From Stegostoma tigrinum (taxonomy: Eukaryota): 64,000 bases of DNA. Where the stretch lies: contig NC_081387.1 of assembly GCF_030684315.1 (NCBI RefSeq), positions 1,054,001 through 1,118,000 of the forward strand. Reading direction: 5' to 3'. The translations under genes and the position numbers were made by a program. Each line of letters begins with the position of its first letter. Within the stretch, counting starts at the first letter, position 1. Under the pieces are notes generated by a model. That model was not told where the DNA came from. It saw only the letters and a program-made list of their open reading frames with translations, and did no database searches. Of the stretch, positions 1 to 12,829 are shown in pieces.

Positions 1-42
1 GGTACAAAGTGTCAATCTGGGAGTTGGTGAATGAGTGAAGAG

Positions 43-2707
43 AGATAATGGGAACTGCAGATGCTGGAGAATCCAAGATAACAAAGTGTGGAGCTGGAGG
101 AACACAGCAGGCCAAGCAGCATCTTAGGAGCACAAAAGCTGATGTTTCAGGCCTAGACCCTTCATCAGAGAGGGGGGTGGGGAGAGGGTTCTGGAATAAA
201 TAGGGAGAGAGGGGGAGGTGGACCGAAGATGGATAGAGGAGAAGATAGGTGGAGAGGGGAGTATAGGTGGGGAGGTGGAGAGGGGATAGGTCAGTCCAGT
301 GAGGACGGACAGATCAAAGAGGCAGCATGAGGTTGGTAGGTGGGAAATGGAGGTGCGGCTTGAGGTGGGAGGAAGGGATGGGTGAGAGGAAGACAGGTTA
401 GGGAGGCGGAGACAGGCTGGGCTGGTTTTGGGATGCAGTGGGGGAAGGGGAGATATCGAAGCCTTACAAAGGATTCCTGCACCTCCCACATCCCCAGCCT
501 GTCCCTGCCCCTCCCTCACCCTGTACCCGCCACCATTGACCATGAAGACACAGCCGGTGACCCCACCAATGACGTCACATCTGCCACGGCCGGGCACACC
601 ACTTCCAGGACCGCGAACACGGCCGCTGCTGCAGTCACCACCTCCACTTCCAGAACCAACACCACACATATCATCCTCACCGCTGCTGCTGCCGCCCACT
701 CCGCTCCGCCCACAGTCGACGCTGCACCACCCACTGCCAATGGAACCCCACCCACTGCTGACAACCTCATCGCTCCGCCCACAACCTCCACAGCCAGCAA
801 CCCCAGAGAAGACAGCCACACTGGGCCCCACCGCATCTTCACCATCCCCCCAGATCTCCCACGGACGGAGGACGAATGGTCAGTCCTTAGCAAGGGGCTC
901 ACATTTGTCCCCCTCCACCCACACATCAACGAATACCAGTCACATTTGGACATCGAGCAGTTTTACCGCCGCCTTCGCTTACTTCTTCAACCGGGAGCCC
1001 AACCCTACCTCCACTGACCCCTTCACCCTCCTCCACCACGAGTCCACATCATGGACACCACCCCCAGGCCTGCTACCCTCCCTGGACCTCTTCATCTCCA
1101 ACTGCCATAGAGACATTAACCGCCTCAACCCCTCCACCCCTCTCACCCACTCCAACCTCTCCCCTGCAGAACAGGCAGCCCTCCGCTCCCTCCGCTCCAA
1201 CCCCAACCTCACCACCAAACCCGCAGACAAGGGAGGGGCAGTGGAGGTATGGCGCACTGACCTCTACATCGCCGAGGCCAAACGCCAACTCTCCGACACC
1301 TCCTCCTACCTCCCCCTTGATCATGACCCCACCCCCAAGCACCAAACCATCATCTCCAATACCATCCATGACCTCATCACCTCAGGGGACCTCCCACCCA
1401 CAGCCTCCAACTTCACTGTTCCCCAACCCCGCACCACCCGTTTCTATCTCCTTCCCAAAATTCACAAACCCCCCTGCCCTGTCTGACCTATTGTCTCCAC
1501 CTGCTCCTGCCCCACTGAACTCATCTCCACCTATCTGGACTCCATTTTCTCCCCTCTGGTTCAGGAACTCCTCACCTACGTCTGTGACACCACCCACGCC
1601 CTCAACCTCCTCCAGAACTTCCAATTCCCTGGCCCCCTGCAATGGTCGAGAACGCCCTTTACCGTGTCTCCCGCATTTCCCGCAACACATCCCTCACACC
1701 CTGCACCTGCCACAATCGCCCCCAGAGGATCCCCCTCGTCCTCACATACCACCCCACCAACCTCCAGATACAACGCATCATCCTCCGACACTTCCGCCAT
1801 CTACAATCCGACCCCACCAACCGAGACATTTTTCCATCCCCACCCTTGTCTGCTTTCCGGAGAGACCACTCTCTCCGTGACTCCCTTGTCCGCTCCACAC
1901 TCCCCTCCAACCCCACCACACCCAGCACCTTCCACTGCAACCGCAGGAAGTGCGACACTTGCCCCCACACCTCCTCCCTCACCCTCATCCCAGGCCCCAA
2001 GATGACTTTCCATATTAAGCAGATGTTCACCTGCACATCTGCCAATGTAGTATTCTGTATCCACTATACCCGGTGTGGCTTCCTCTACATTGGGAAGCCA
2101 AGCAGAGGCTTGGGGATCGCTTTGCAGAACATCTCCGCTCGGTTTGCCATAAACAACTGCACCTCCCAGTCGCGAACCATTTTAACTCCCCCTCCCATTC
2201 CTTAGATGGCATGTCTATCATGGGTCTCCTGCAGTGCCACAATGATGCCACCCGAAGGTTGCAGGAACAGCAACTCATATTCCGCTTGGGAACCCTGCAG
2301 CCCAATGGTATCAATGTGGACTTCACAAGCGTCAAAATCTCCCCTTCCCCCACTGAATCCCAAAACCAGCCCAGCTCATCCCTGCCTCCCTAACCTGTTC
2401 TTCCTCTCACCTATCCCCTCCTCCCACCTCAAGCCGCACCTCTATTTCCTACTTACTAACCTCATCCCGCCCTCTTGACCTGTCCGTCCTCCCTGGACTG
2501 ACCTATCCCCTCCCCACCTATACTCTCCTCTCCACCTATCTTCTCCTCTATCCATCTTCAGTCCACCTCCCCCTCTCTCCCAATTTATTTCAGAACCCTC
2601 TCCCCATCCCCCTTTTCTGATGAAGGGTCTACGCCCGAAACGTCAGCTTTTGTGCTCCTAAGATGCTGCTTGGCCTGCTGTGTTCATCGAGCTCCACACT
2701 TCGTTAT
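43..2707 (+). mobile_element. Penelope-like retroelement (internally deleted RT + GIY-YIG) with inverted 5' terminal copy
   Basis: RT N-terminal motifs (KPADKGGAV, FYLLPKIHK) and frameshifted GIY-YIG (NVVFCIH...LYIG/KQRLGDRFAEH); 43-460 is the reverse complement of the 3' tail; 13-bp TSD AATGAGTGAAGAG at 30-42 and 2708-2720; RT catalytic core deleted near 1640. Confidence 0.9.
2617..2644 (+). ncRNA. Minimal hammerhead ribozyme motif in a PLE tail
   Basis: CTGATGA-A-GGGTCTACGCCC-GAAAC-GTC. Confidence 0.5.
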
Positions 2708-3782
2708 AATGAGTGAAGAGGTTTTGGTCTGACTACGAGACGGAGCCAGCGACCAACAATCAAACCCTCCTGAATGTCAAAAACATTCATACAATGAGTA
2801 AGATATTCTGTCTGTCTAAACAAGCATGGTGCTTTATCCAGCAGTAGGGAGATACAAACATTGAATTATATTTATAGCTAACTGGATAAATCAGTTAATT
2901 TACGTACAGATCATTATTGATCGATCATCCTAAACTTCTTAAATAGAACATGATAAAGTTGGCAACTGAGTTTCGAATCAGATCTGGAGTCTGAACTTAT
3001 CGTGCAGTAGGGAGGGATAAAGTTAGCTGGATATTTTGTTCCAGGAGGGAATCACACCAGTGAGGCTTCATGTACTTAATTTGGATTGTGGTCACAAGCA
3101 ACAGCATGTGACTGCCAGTGAGGTGGGCGTGGAGATGCAGAAGGTACCTCTGCTTTTAAATAGGCCACAACTATTTTCTGCTAAAGTCACGTGCACTCTC
3201 AGCTCTGAAATACTCTTCCTAAATATTTCTGCACCTCGGAGTGCTTTCCTGATTTTAGATGGTCAGTGTCATATTTTGGTTCATTAATGGACTGTGAAAC
3301 ATTTAGAGACATTTCATTGCGTTAAGGGCAAAGATGTAAATGTAAGTTGTTAATTGTGAGTGAACATGCAGATAAGTAGAAAGAGTTAGAGGTTCAAATA
3401 CAGAAAATTAGTGTCAGGTCCCACAGGAAGTGAGAAATCTGAATGGATTGGCCTTTATTTTGAAGACTTGAACAAATGAGAACTCAATCCCAAAGATGGG
3501 CTGGTTGCTCGGTTCTTTGATCCTGCTCTGCTGTTTGATAAAATCACAGCTAATCCAATGGCAACCTCGGCACGCTGTCCTGTCTGCCCCCATTAAGTCC
3601 CTTGTTGATCAAACATCAAACTCAGCCTTGAATTTATTCAAACACCCAGCCATTCCTGCTGTATGCAGAGGAGAATTTCCATCAGCCACGGACTCCCTGA
3701 AAGACAAAATTCTTCTCAGCTCCACCTTAAAAAGGAAGGCTCCTGCTTTGATATAGGAAACTGCTGAGCCAGGATTGTATCA

Positions 3783-3932
3783 GAGATAATGGGAACTGCA
3801 GATGCCGGAGAATCCAAGACAACAAAGTGTGGAGCTGGATGAACACAGCAGGCCAAGCAGCATCTCAGGAGCACAAAAGCTGACGTTTCGGGCCTAGACC
3901 CTTCATCAGAGACGGGGATGGGGAGAGGGTCC
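3783..3932 (-). mobile_element. Penelope-like element 3' tail fragment
   Basis: Near-identical to the tail at 43-190, including the hammerhead motif. Confidence 0.8.
3882..3909 (-). ncRNA. Minimal hammerhead ribozyme motif in a PLE tail
   Basis: Intact CTGATGA...GAAACGTC core on the minus strand. Confidence 0.55.
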
Positions 3933-4195
3933 AGGATTGTGTTGGAATTGGGAAGTTGAGAGTAAATGAAAGCTGGATGTCAGGAGGCTCCTGAGGCTGA
4001 GACAGGGGGTGGTGTCTGTCGATGTTGCAGAGGGGAAAATGCGATGTTACATTCTCCACTTTCTGGCTCTCTCTGATGTGATTCTTTTACCAATTCAAAT
4101 CCCTTGATGAGATCACCTTTTAGCTTCTATGTTGAAGCTTATACAACCTGTCCTCATGAGCTAAGCTGAGGCTGGTGCAGGCTAACATGTTCAGC

Positions 4196-4652
4196 AGAGA
4201 TAGTGGGAACTACAGATGCTGGAGAATCCGAGATACTAAAGTGTGAAGCTGGATGAACACAGCTGGCCAAGCAGCATCTCGGGAGCACAAAAGTTGATGT
4301 TTCGGGCCTAAACTCTTCATCAGAAAAGGGGGATGGGGAGAGGGTTCTGAAATAAATAGGGAGAGAGGGGGAGGCAGACCAAAGATGGATAGAGGAGAAG
4401 ATAGGTGGAGAGGAGAGTATAGGTGGGGAGGTGGGGAAACGATTGGTCTTTCCGGGGAGGACGGACAGGTCAAGGATGGGGTTAGTAGGTAGGAAATGGA
4501 GGTGCGGCTTGAGGTTGGAGGAGGGGATAGGTGAGAGGAAGAACAGGTTAGGGAGGCGGGGACGAGCTGGGCTGGTTTTGGGATGCAGTGGGGGGATGGG
4601 ACGAGCTGGGCTGGTTTTGGGATGATGTGGGGCAAGGGGAGATTTTGAAGCA
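4196..4652 (-). mobile_element. Penelope-like element 3' fragment
   Basis: Same tail family with a small internal duplication. Confidence 0.8.
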
Positions 4653-4769
4653 GCAATGTGTATCCTCCCTGAGGTGTGTTCTGTAAAGCTGTGTTCCTCA
4701 TTTACACAAACAGGTGGATTGTTTAGATAGTCGCATGATCACAATCAGACAGAAACAATGTGGTTTATT

Positions 4770-5060
4770 TCAAGGGGAAATCATGTTTGGTTAATTTGTT
4801 ATGGGATTTTTTGAGGAAATAACAACCAAGATGGACAAAGGGGAACATGTGGATGTGGTACTCTCGGATTTGCAAAAGGCATTGATAAAGGTGCCATGTC
4901 TAAGTATACAGCACACGAGATACCATGGGGATATGGCAGTTAAAATATCAGCAAGCAGAGCTGATTAGCTGGTAAACAGAAAACAAAAAGACTGGAGATT
5001 AATGTGTCTGATTGAGGATAACCACATGTAACTAATGCAGTGAGACAGGATCAGTGCTGA
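4770..5060 (+). mobile_element. Degenerate CR1/L2-clade LINE RT fragment
   Basis: Relics of GKSCL, VDVV.D.QKAFDKV and ..QGSVLG motifs. Confidence 0.65.
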
Positions 5061-6295
5061 GTCTCGGTGATTTATAATGTTACTAATGCAGTGAGGTCGG
5101 GATCAGTGCTGGGTCTCAGTGATTTATAATGTTACTAATGCAGTGAGACAGGGATCAGTGCTGGGTCTCGGTGATTTATAACGTTACTAATGCAGTGAGA
5201 CAGGGATAAATGCTGGATCTCGGTGATTTATAATGTTACTAATGCAGTGAGACAGGGATCATTGCTGGGTCTCAGTGATTTATAATGTTACTAATGCAGT
5301 GAGACAGGGATCAGTGCTGGGTCTCGGTGATTTATAACGTTACTAATGCAGTGAGACAGGGATAAATGCTGGATCTCGGTGATTTATAATGTTACTAATG
5401 CAGTGACACAGGGATCATTGCTGGGTCTCAGTGATTTATAATGTTACTAATGCAGTGAGACAGGGATCAGTGCTGGGTCTCGGTGATTTATAACGTTACT
5501 AATGCAGTGAGACAGGGATAAATGCTGGATCTCGGTGATTTATAATGTTACTAATGCAGTGACACAGGGATCATTGCTGGGTCTCAGTGATTTATAATGT
5601 TACTAATGCAGTGACACAGGGATCATTGCTGGGTCTCAGTGATTTATAATGTTACTAATGCAGTGAGACAGGGATCAGTGCTGGGTCTCGGTGATTTATA
5701 ATGTAACTAATGCAGTGAGACAGGGATAAATGCTGGATCTCGGTGATTTATAATGTTACTAATGCAGTGAGACAGGGATCAGTGCTGGGTCTCGGTGATT
5801 TATAATGTAACTAAAGCAGTGAGACAGGGATAAATGCTGGGTCTCAGTGATTTATAATGTAACTAATGCAGTGAGACAGGGATCAGTGCTGGGTCTCGGT
5901 GATTTATAATGTAACTAAAGCAGTGAGACAGGGACAAATGCTGGGTCTCAGTGATTTATAATGTAACTAAAGCAGTGAGACAGGGACAAATGCTGGGTCT
6001 CTGTGATTTATAATGTAACTAATGCAGTGAGACAGGGATCAGTGCTGGGTCTCTGATTTATAATGTTACTAATGCAGTGAGACAGGGATCAGTGCTGGGT
6101 CTCGGTGATTTATAATGTAACTAATGCAGTGAGATCGGGATCAGTGCTGGCTCTCGGTGATTTATAATGTTACTAATACAGTGAGACAGGGATCAGTGCT
6201 GGGTCTCGGTGATTTATAATGTAACTAATGTAGTGAGACAGGGATCAGAGCTGGCTCTCGGTGATTTATAATGTGACTAATGCAATGAGACAGGG
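5028..6295 (+). repeat. 52-bp minisatellite, about 24 copies
   Basis: Unit GTTACTAATGCAGTGAGACAGGGATCAGTGCTGGGTCTCGGTGATTTATAAT; period 52 (e.g. 5131 and 5183). Confidence 0.95.
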
Positions 6296-7384
6296 TAACC
6301 CTGAACCGCCAACTTTCCTGTTCCTCTGATGCTGTTCCTCCAGCTCCACACTGTATCATTTTAACATCTCATTCTAGATTGCCCCATGTGAGGAAACATT
6401 CTCTCCAGCCCTACTTTGTACATCTGCCTTAGCATATAATTTGATTTTCCCTCATCCTTCTAAATTTTATCGAGTAGAGGCCTGTTTTGCTCAATCTCTC
6501 CTTATAAGAAAAGACTATCATCTCTGGAATTAATCGAGTGAACCTCATCTGACTTGGCTCCAATAAAATTTATATCTGAGAGCTTTTTTTTTCCCAATGG
6601 AGGAGGCACTGTAATGCAGTGCTAAAGGTATCTAAATATCCTCACTGGCTGTGCTGTCATTTTGTTTGACTGTGATTTAAATGTGACTTGCTGACTTTTG
6701 TTTTAAAAATGTATTTGGCTGCTGAAAACTTTAAATCAACTACTTCCCTCCCTCCCACAGAACAGTGTGTTGTTTAGACTGCTGTAACCATCATCATGCT
6801 TAACAGATTTCAGAAGCAAATAGGTTTCAACAGAGCTCATCTAAAAATGAGAGAGTTTCAAAATGTTATCATATTGCCCCTGATGTGGTTTCCTGTGTTT
6901 TCTTGTTGGTACAAGACACGTTGTGTCAACATCAGGGAACTCCCTGCATAACAGCATCGTGTTTTTACCCACATTCCAGGCACCATGATTTGAGAAGGCA
7001 GCTCACCACCACCTTCTCAAGGGCAGTGAGGAATGCGCAGTAAATGCTGGTTCAGCCAGCAACGCCTACATTCTAGAAATGAATAACAAACTTGTTAATT
7101 GCATTATAAATCACACAGGGCTTTTTTACACATGGCAGAATTTTACCCTCCTCAAAAATGAGAGGGAGGTTTTTTTGTGAGTTTTTTTTCAAGTGAAAGG
7201 CAAAACATTTTCTCCTGATATTGTATGTAATCTGAGTATGTAACTTTGTAATGTATTCCTGTAATTGTACAGAGAGCATCCCAAATGAGTGGCCTTGCAG
7301 ACCACGTCAGGGGCTTAGAGATGGCAGTGGGATATCAGGGTTGGGAAGGCTACATAAGAGAATTTGTTTGTGTTTTTTTGTTTC

Positions 7385-7740
7385 ATTATTCATTAACAGT
7401 ATGAGGGTATCTCTGGCTCGGCCAGCATTTATTGCCCACCCCTGACTGTCCAGAGGGCAATTAAGAGTGAACCACATCACTATGGGTCTGGAGTCACATG
7501 TGGTCAGACTAGGTAAGGATGGCAGTTTCCTTCCCCAAAGGACATTAGTGAATGAAATGGGTTTTTCCAACAATTGACAATGGATTCATGGTCACCAGTA
7601 GCTTCTTCATTCCAGATATTTATTGAATTCAAATTCCACCATCTACTATGGTAGGATTCAAACTCAGGTTCCCCGAATGTTACCTGGGTCTCTGGATTAA
7701 CAGTCCAGTGATAATACCACGAGGTCATCACCTCCCCATT
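7385..7740 (-). mobile_element. tRNA-derived SINE
   Basis: tRNA-like head with A/B-box remnants on the minus strand; related copies at about 15135-15385 (+) and 63735-64000 (-). Confidence 0.7.
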
Positions 7741-7875
7741 GGAGGTGAGGGGCGAGGTTTACAGGAAATGATGGAGCATTATGTTGGAGAATAGAAGCTG
7801 ACTTTCTAACTGACCTGACTCAGATCTTCATGAGCACAGTTCACAAAACTGCGCTGTGAGCCTGACCGCAGGTAA

Positions 7876-8172
7876 GGGCGGCACAGTGGCTCAGTGATTA
7901 GCATAGCTGCCTCACAGCCCCAGAGGCCCGAGTTTCAATCCACCCTTGGGTGACTTTGCACATTCTCCCCGTGTCTGCGTGGGTTTCCTCCGAGTGCTCC
8001 GGTTTCCTCCCACAGTCCAAAGATGTGCAGGCTAGGTGGATTGGCCATGCTAAATTGCCCGTAGCGTTCAGGGGTGTGTGGTATCGAGGGATGGCTTCTG
8101 GGTGGGATGCTCTGAGGGTTGGCGTGGACTTGTTGGGCTGAAGGGCCTGTTTCCATACTGTAGGGATTCTAT
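7876..8172 (+). mobile_element. HE1-like V-SINE
   Basis: GGGCGGCACAGTGGCTCAGTG head; V-domain CACATTCTCCCCGTGTCTGCGTGGGTTTCCTCC..GTGCTCCGGTTTCCTCCCACAGTCC; LINE-like tail. Confidence 0.8.
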
Positions 8173-8754
8173 GACAGTTTCAAAAGACAGGAATGACATG
8201 TAGTTACACAGAGTTAGTGTGTGCGAGCTGTGAATGTTTGCAGCTTGGGCTTTCTGAATCCCAGAGGAAGGCTGGAGCTGGAGATTTCAAAAACCAGCAA
8301 TCCTGCTGAAAACTTATAAAATACTGTTTTGTCCCTGGATGGAGGATTGTGTTCTATGCTGGACCCCCAACGTCAGGAGATTGTGAAAGCCTCACCGAGG
8401 GTGTGAGCAATCATTAGGATGGTACACTGAGTGACGAATATACTTCTCATCATTACACTGAAGGGGGCACAGGAAGATTTATAGAGGATAGTGTCAGCAC
8501 AGGAGAATGTTAACAATTAGGGAAGATTTACATTAGAACAGAGGAGACTAATGGGAGATTTATTGAGGCTTATAAAGTCAAGACGGGTCTGAGCTGAGTG
8601 GATTAGAAGGACCTATTTCCCTGAGCTCAATAACCAGGGAAGCAGAGACTTAAAGTCATCAATGCCTGGATTAGAGGGGAGTTGAAGTGTAGCATTTACA
8701 GCTCACCCTTAGTAAGGGACTGGAACTCACTGTTTGAAAAGGTGATCACAAAGA

Positions 8755-9075
8755 TGCACACAATACTCTAGCTGTGGCCTAATCAAAGTCCCGTACCGTT
8801 CCAACATAACTTCCCCACTCCTATAATCTATGCCTCAACTGATAAAGGTAAATGTTCCAAATGCCTTCTTCACTACCCTATTAACCTGACCTCCCTCCTT
8901 CAGGGATCTATGGACAAGTACCCAAGATCCCTCAGCCCAGGATCCCACTGTCCCTCTGAGCTTCCTGGTAGTGCACCATTCATTGAGGACTCCCTTGTCT
9001 TGTTCTCTTTTCCAAAGTGCATCAGTTCACATTTATCAGGGTTAAACTCCATCTGCTACTGGTCTGCCCATCTGA
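8755..9075 (-). mobile_element. CR1-like LINE fragment
   Basis: Similar to the 11400-11700 part of the larger LINE copy. Confidence 0.6.
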
Positions 9076-9623
9076 AATTAAAGCAAAGTCCTCACTGACG
9101 GCATGCAAATAATCTCTTTCTTAACTTTGTAATGTATTCCTGGCAACAAAACAACAATGAATCACTGCTCATAAGCACAAGTTACTGACAGTTTTTATTA
9201 GTTCATTGGCTGTGGCCATTGCTGGGTGTGTTGGTATTATTACACATCCTAGATGTTCCAGAGGAAGTGGTGATGAGTTGTCATGTTGAACTGCTGTCGT
9301 CCTTGGGGACTATGTACAGACACTATACATATATACTCCACAGGCCCAAATATAAAATAGGAGCATAAAATATATTTTCACCTCTGCAGATCTCCATCAG
9401 AGTTGTCATTTATGTGATCTTTGTAATTTTGCTTTTGCAAAGTTGAGAAGCCAGAATAAGCAGGCTGGCTGGGTAGTGGTTCATTCAAGGGATCTCCTAT
9501 CAGCAGGCAAGGTGAAAGCTGGAGGTGACAGAGGGAGGAGAAAGAGAATGAGGCTGGAATGGGGTAGAGAGATAGAGAGAGAGAAAGCTGAAGCTGGGAG
9601 ACAAAAGAAGGGAGAAAGAGTGA

Positions 9624-10237
9624 ATAAAGTGTGGAGCTGGATGAACACAGCAGGCCCAGCAACATCTCAGGAGCTCAAAAGCTGACGTTTCGGCCCTAGA
9701 CCCTTCATCAGAGAGGGGGATGGGGAGAGGGAACTGGAATAAATAGGGAGAGAGGGGGAGGCGGACCGAAGATGGAGAGAAAACAAGATAGGTAGAGAAG
9801 AGAGTATAGGTGGGGAGGTAGGGAGGGGATAGGTCAGTCCAGGGAAGATGGACAGGTCAAGGAGGTGGGATGAAGTTAGTAGGTAGGAGATGGAGGTGCA
9901 GCTTGAGGTGGGAGGAAGGGATAGGTGAGAGGAAGAATAGGTTAGGGAGGCAGGGACGAGCTGGGCTGGTTTTGGGATGCAGTGGGGGGAGGGAGGATTT
10001 TGAAGCTGGTGAAATCCACATTGATACCATTGGGCTGCAGGGTTCCCAAGCGGAATATGAGTTGCTGTTCCTGCAACCTACGGGTGGCATCATTGTGGCA
10101 CTGCAGGAGGCCCAGGATGGACATGTCGTCTGAGGAATGGGAGGGGGAGTTGAAATGGCTCACGACTGGGAGGTGCAGTTGTTTATTGCGAACCGAGCAT
10201 AGGTGTCCCGCAAAGCGGTCCCCAAGCCTCTGCTTGG
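9624..10237 (-). mobile_element. 5'-truncated Penelope-like element (GIY-YIG C-terminus + tail)
   Basis: TKQRLGDRFAGHL...EQQLIFRLGTLQPNGINVDF followed by the tail. Confidence 0.88.
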
Positions 10238-10892
10238 TATCCTTATTTCTTGTAGTTGGGGGATATGAGGGGGCTGTGAGGTTGGGAAGTGAAAATTGCC
10301 GTGCCCAGTGTACGAGGCCAGCCATACACCTGAGAGATTCTGCCAAGTGTGAACCCAAACCTGATGGTGAAGGGAAATTAAATTACAAGGATAACAAGAC
10401 CAGAGATTGACATTTCAATTCATCTGAACCTGGTCGCATTTTGAGAACTGTGTCAGTGCCAGTACTTTTAACTGGATTGTGGGGGGAGGAGGGGGGGAAT
10501 GTTTCTCGCTGTGAGGGTGAGTGAGGTTTCTCACACTATTGACCCAAACACTCCTCATTAACTCCCTATCCCAACCATCTGATGTTAACCTGATTCTCAC
10601 ACACACCTAGTCAGAACTCACCACTACTGGGACATCCCAGAACAGACCAACCTCCCTGTCACCTGTATCATCTTTAAAAGTGTAGCCAGGTACGCAGTGC
10701 CAGTCTGGAGCTGGCCTGCACAGTTCCTGATGTTTGCCTCCATTGATGCAGACCAGGGGAAGTTGGGGCCCCATACTGCAGAACGAGACCTGGGGGTCCT
10801 GGAGGATGGATGGTGCAGGCCAGTGAGGTCCTTTTCCCCCAGGACCAGCAGGGAAGGCCACAACTTCAGACCACAACCAGCACAGTGCGGGG

Positions 10893-11890
10893 GTAGAACA
10901 TCAAACACTACAGCGCAGCACAGGCCCTTCGACCCTCGATGTTGCACTGACCTGTGAAACCAATCTGAAGCCCATCTAACCTACACTATTCCATTACCAT
11001 CCATATGTTTATCCAATGACCATTGAAATGCCCTTAAACTTGACGAGTCTACTACTGTTGCAGGCAGGGCATTCCACACCCTTACTGCTCTCTGAGTAAA
11101 GAACCTACCTCTGACATCTGTCCTATATCTATCACCCCTCAATTTAAAGCTATACCTCCTCGTGATAGCCAATGCCATCCAAGGAAAAAGCCTCTCACTG
11201 TACCCCCATCTAATCCTCTGATCATCTTGTATGTCTCTATTAAGTCACCTCTTAACCACCTTCTCTTTAACAAAAACAGCCTCAAGTCCCTCAGCCTTTC
11301 CTCATAAGACCTTCCCTCCATACCAGGCAACATCCTGGTAAATCTCCTCTACACCCTTTCCAATGCTTCCACATCCTTCCTATAATGCGGTGACCAGAAC
11401 TGTACGCAATATTCCAAGTGCGGCCGCACTAGAGTTTTGTACAGCTTCAACATGACCTAATGGCTCCAAAACTCAATCTCTCTACCAATAAAACCTAACA
11501 CACTGTATGCCTTCTTAATAACCCTAGCAACCTGGGAGGCAACTTTCAGGGATCTATGTACATGGACACTGAGATCCCTCTGCTTATCTACACTACCAAG
11601 AATCTTACCATTAGCCCAGAGCACTGTATTCCAATTACTGCTTCCAAAGTGAATCACCTCACACTTTTCCACATTAAACTCCATTTGCCACCTCTCAGCC
11701 CATCTCTGCAACTTATCTACGTCCCTCTGTAACCTGTAAACCTCCTTCCGCACTATCCACAACTCCTCCGACTTCAGTGTCATCTGCAAATTTACTAACA
11801 CATCCTTCTACGCCCTCATCCAGGTCATTTATAAAAGTACTGAACGGCATTGGCCCCAAAACAGATCCTTGCAGGACACCACTAGTCACT
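10893..11890 (-). mobile_element. 5'-truncated CR1-clade LINE (HER1-like)
   Basis: [53 protein letters not shown] motifs with frameshifts, plus 3' tail. Confidence 0.9.
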
Positions 11891-12465
11891 ACAGTCTCAG
11901 TTGGGAATGGCCAGTACCCTCCCCGCGGAGACCAGTGTTCAACGTCACTGGCTTCTCTCTGCAAGCTCACACTCACTGTCTCTGAAACAGCACCCACCTC
12001 CCACGAAGGCTCACTCCCTTTCACAATCACTATTGCCTGCAAATAAATACCTTCTCTCACTCACCCTCACCAACCCCAACGCCCCCGGGTGTGAGTGAGG
12101 GGCGGTGTGAGCGAGAGAAGGTGTCAGCGAGTAAGGGAGGAAGGATGTTGTGAGGGACGTAGGAGAGCATGAGGCAGCAAGGAGGGAGGGAGGATGAGAG
12201 TGAATGGCGGAAGTAGGGTGTGAGGTAGTTGGGAAGGAGTGAGAGAGAAGGGAGGGTGTGAGGGGTGGTATGAGGGTGTCTGGAGGGTGTGAGGGAGGAG
12301 GGACTGTGTGAGGGATGGTGTGAGGGTGTATGGAGGGTGAGAGGTAGTTGGAACGAAGGACGGAGCATGTTGGGAAGGCTGTGAGTGGGTGGAGAAGAAG
12401 GGTGTGAGTTGGGTGGGAGTGAGGGTGGACAAAGGGTGTGGAGGAGGGTGTAAGGTCGGATGGAG

Positions 12466-12690
12466 GGTGTGAGGGAGGATGGATGGAGTGAGGGAGGATG
12501 GATGGAGTGAGGGAGGATGGATGGAGTGAGGGAGGATGGATGGAGTGAGGGAGGATGGATGGAGTGAGGGAGGATGGATGGAGTGAGGGAGGATGGATGG
12601 AGTGAGGGAGGATGGATGGAGTGAGGGAGGATGGATGGAGTGAGGGAGGATGGATGGAGTGAGGGAGGATGGATGGAGTGAGGGAGGATG
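12466..12690 (+). repeat. 19-bp purine-rich minisatellite within a low-complexity region
   Basis: GGATGGAGTGAGGGAGGAT, about 12 copies. Confidence 0.9.
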
Positions 12691-12829
12691 GAGGGTTTGT
12701 GGGAAGATGGAGGGTTTGTGGGAAGATGGAGGGAGTGAGGGAGGATGGAGGCAGTGAGGGAGGATGGAGGCAGTGAGGGAGGGAGGATGGGGATGGGGAT
12801 TGAGGTACACTAGATGAGGGGGGTATTGG

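Noticed and set aside
5028-6295. CRISPR-like regular repeat (also the 32-bp array at 45.7-52.1 kb)
   Set aside because: Head-to-tail units without unique spacers, no cas genes, vertebrate context
7876-7950. tRNA gene
   Set aside because: tRNA-derived SINE head continuing into a V-domain; no intact cloverleaf
10622-12036. Possible TAP1/TAP2 first exon
   Set aside because: No frame gives a convincing multi-TM sequence and no ABC-transporter exons are present
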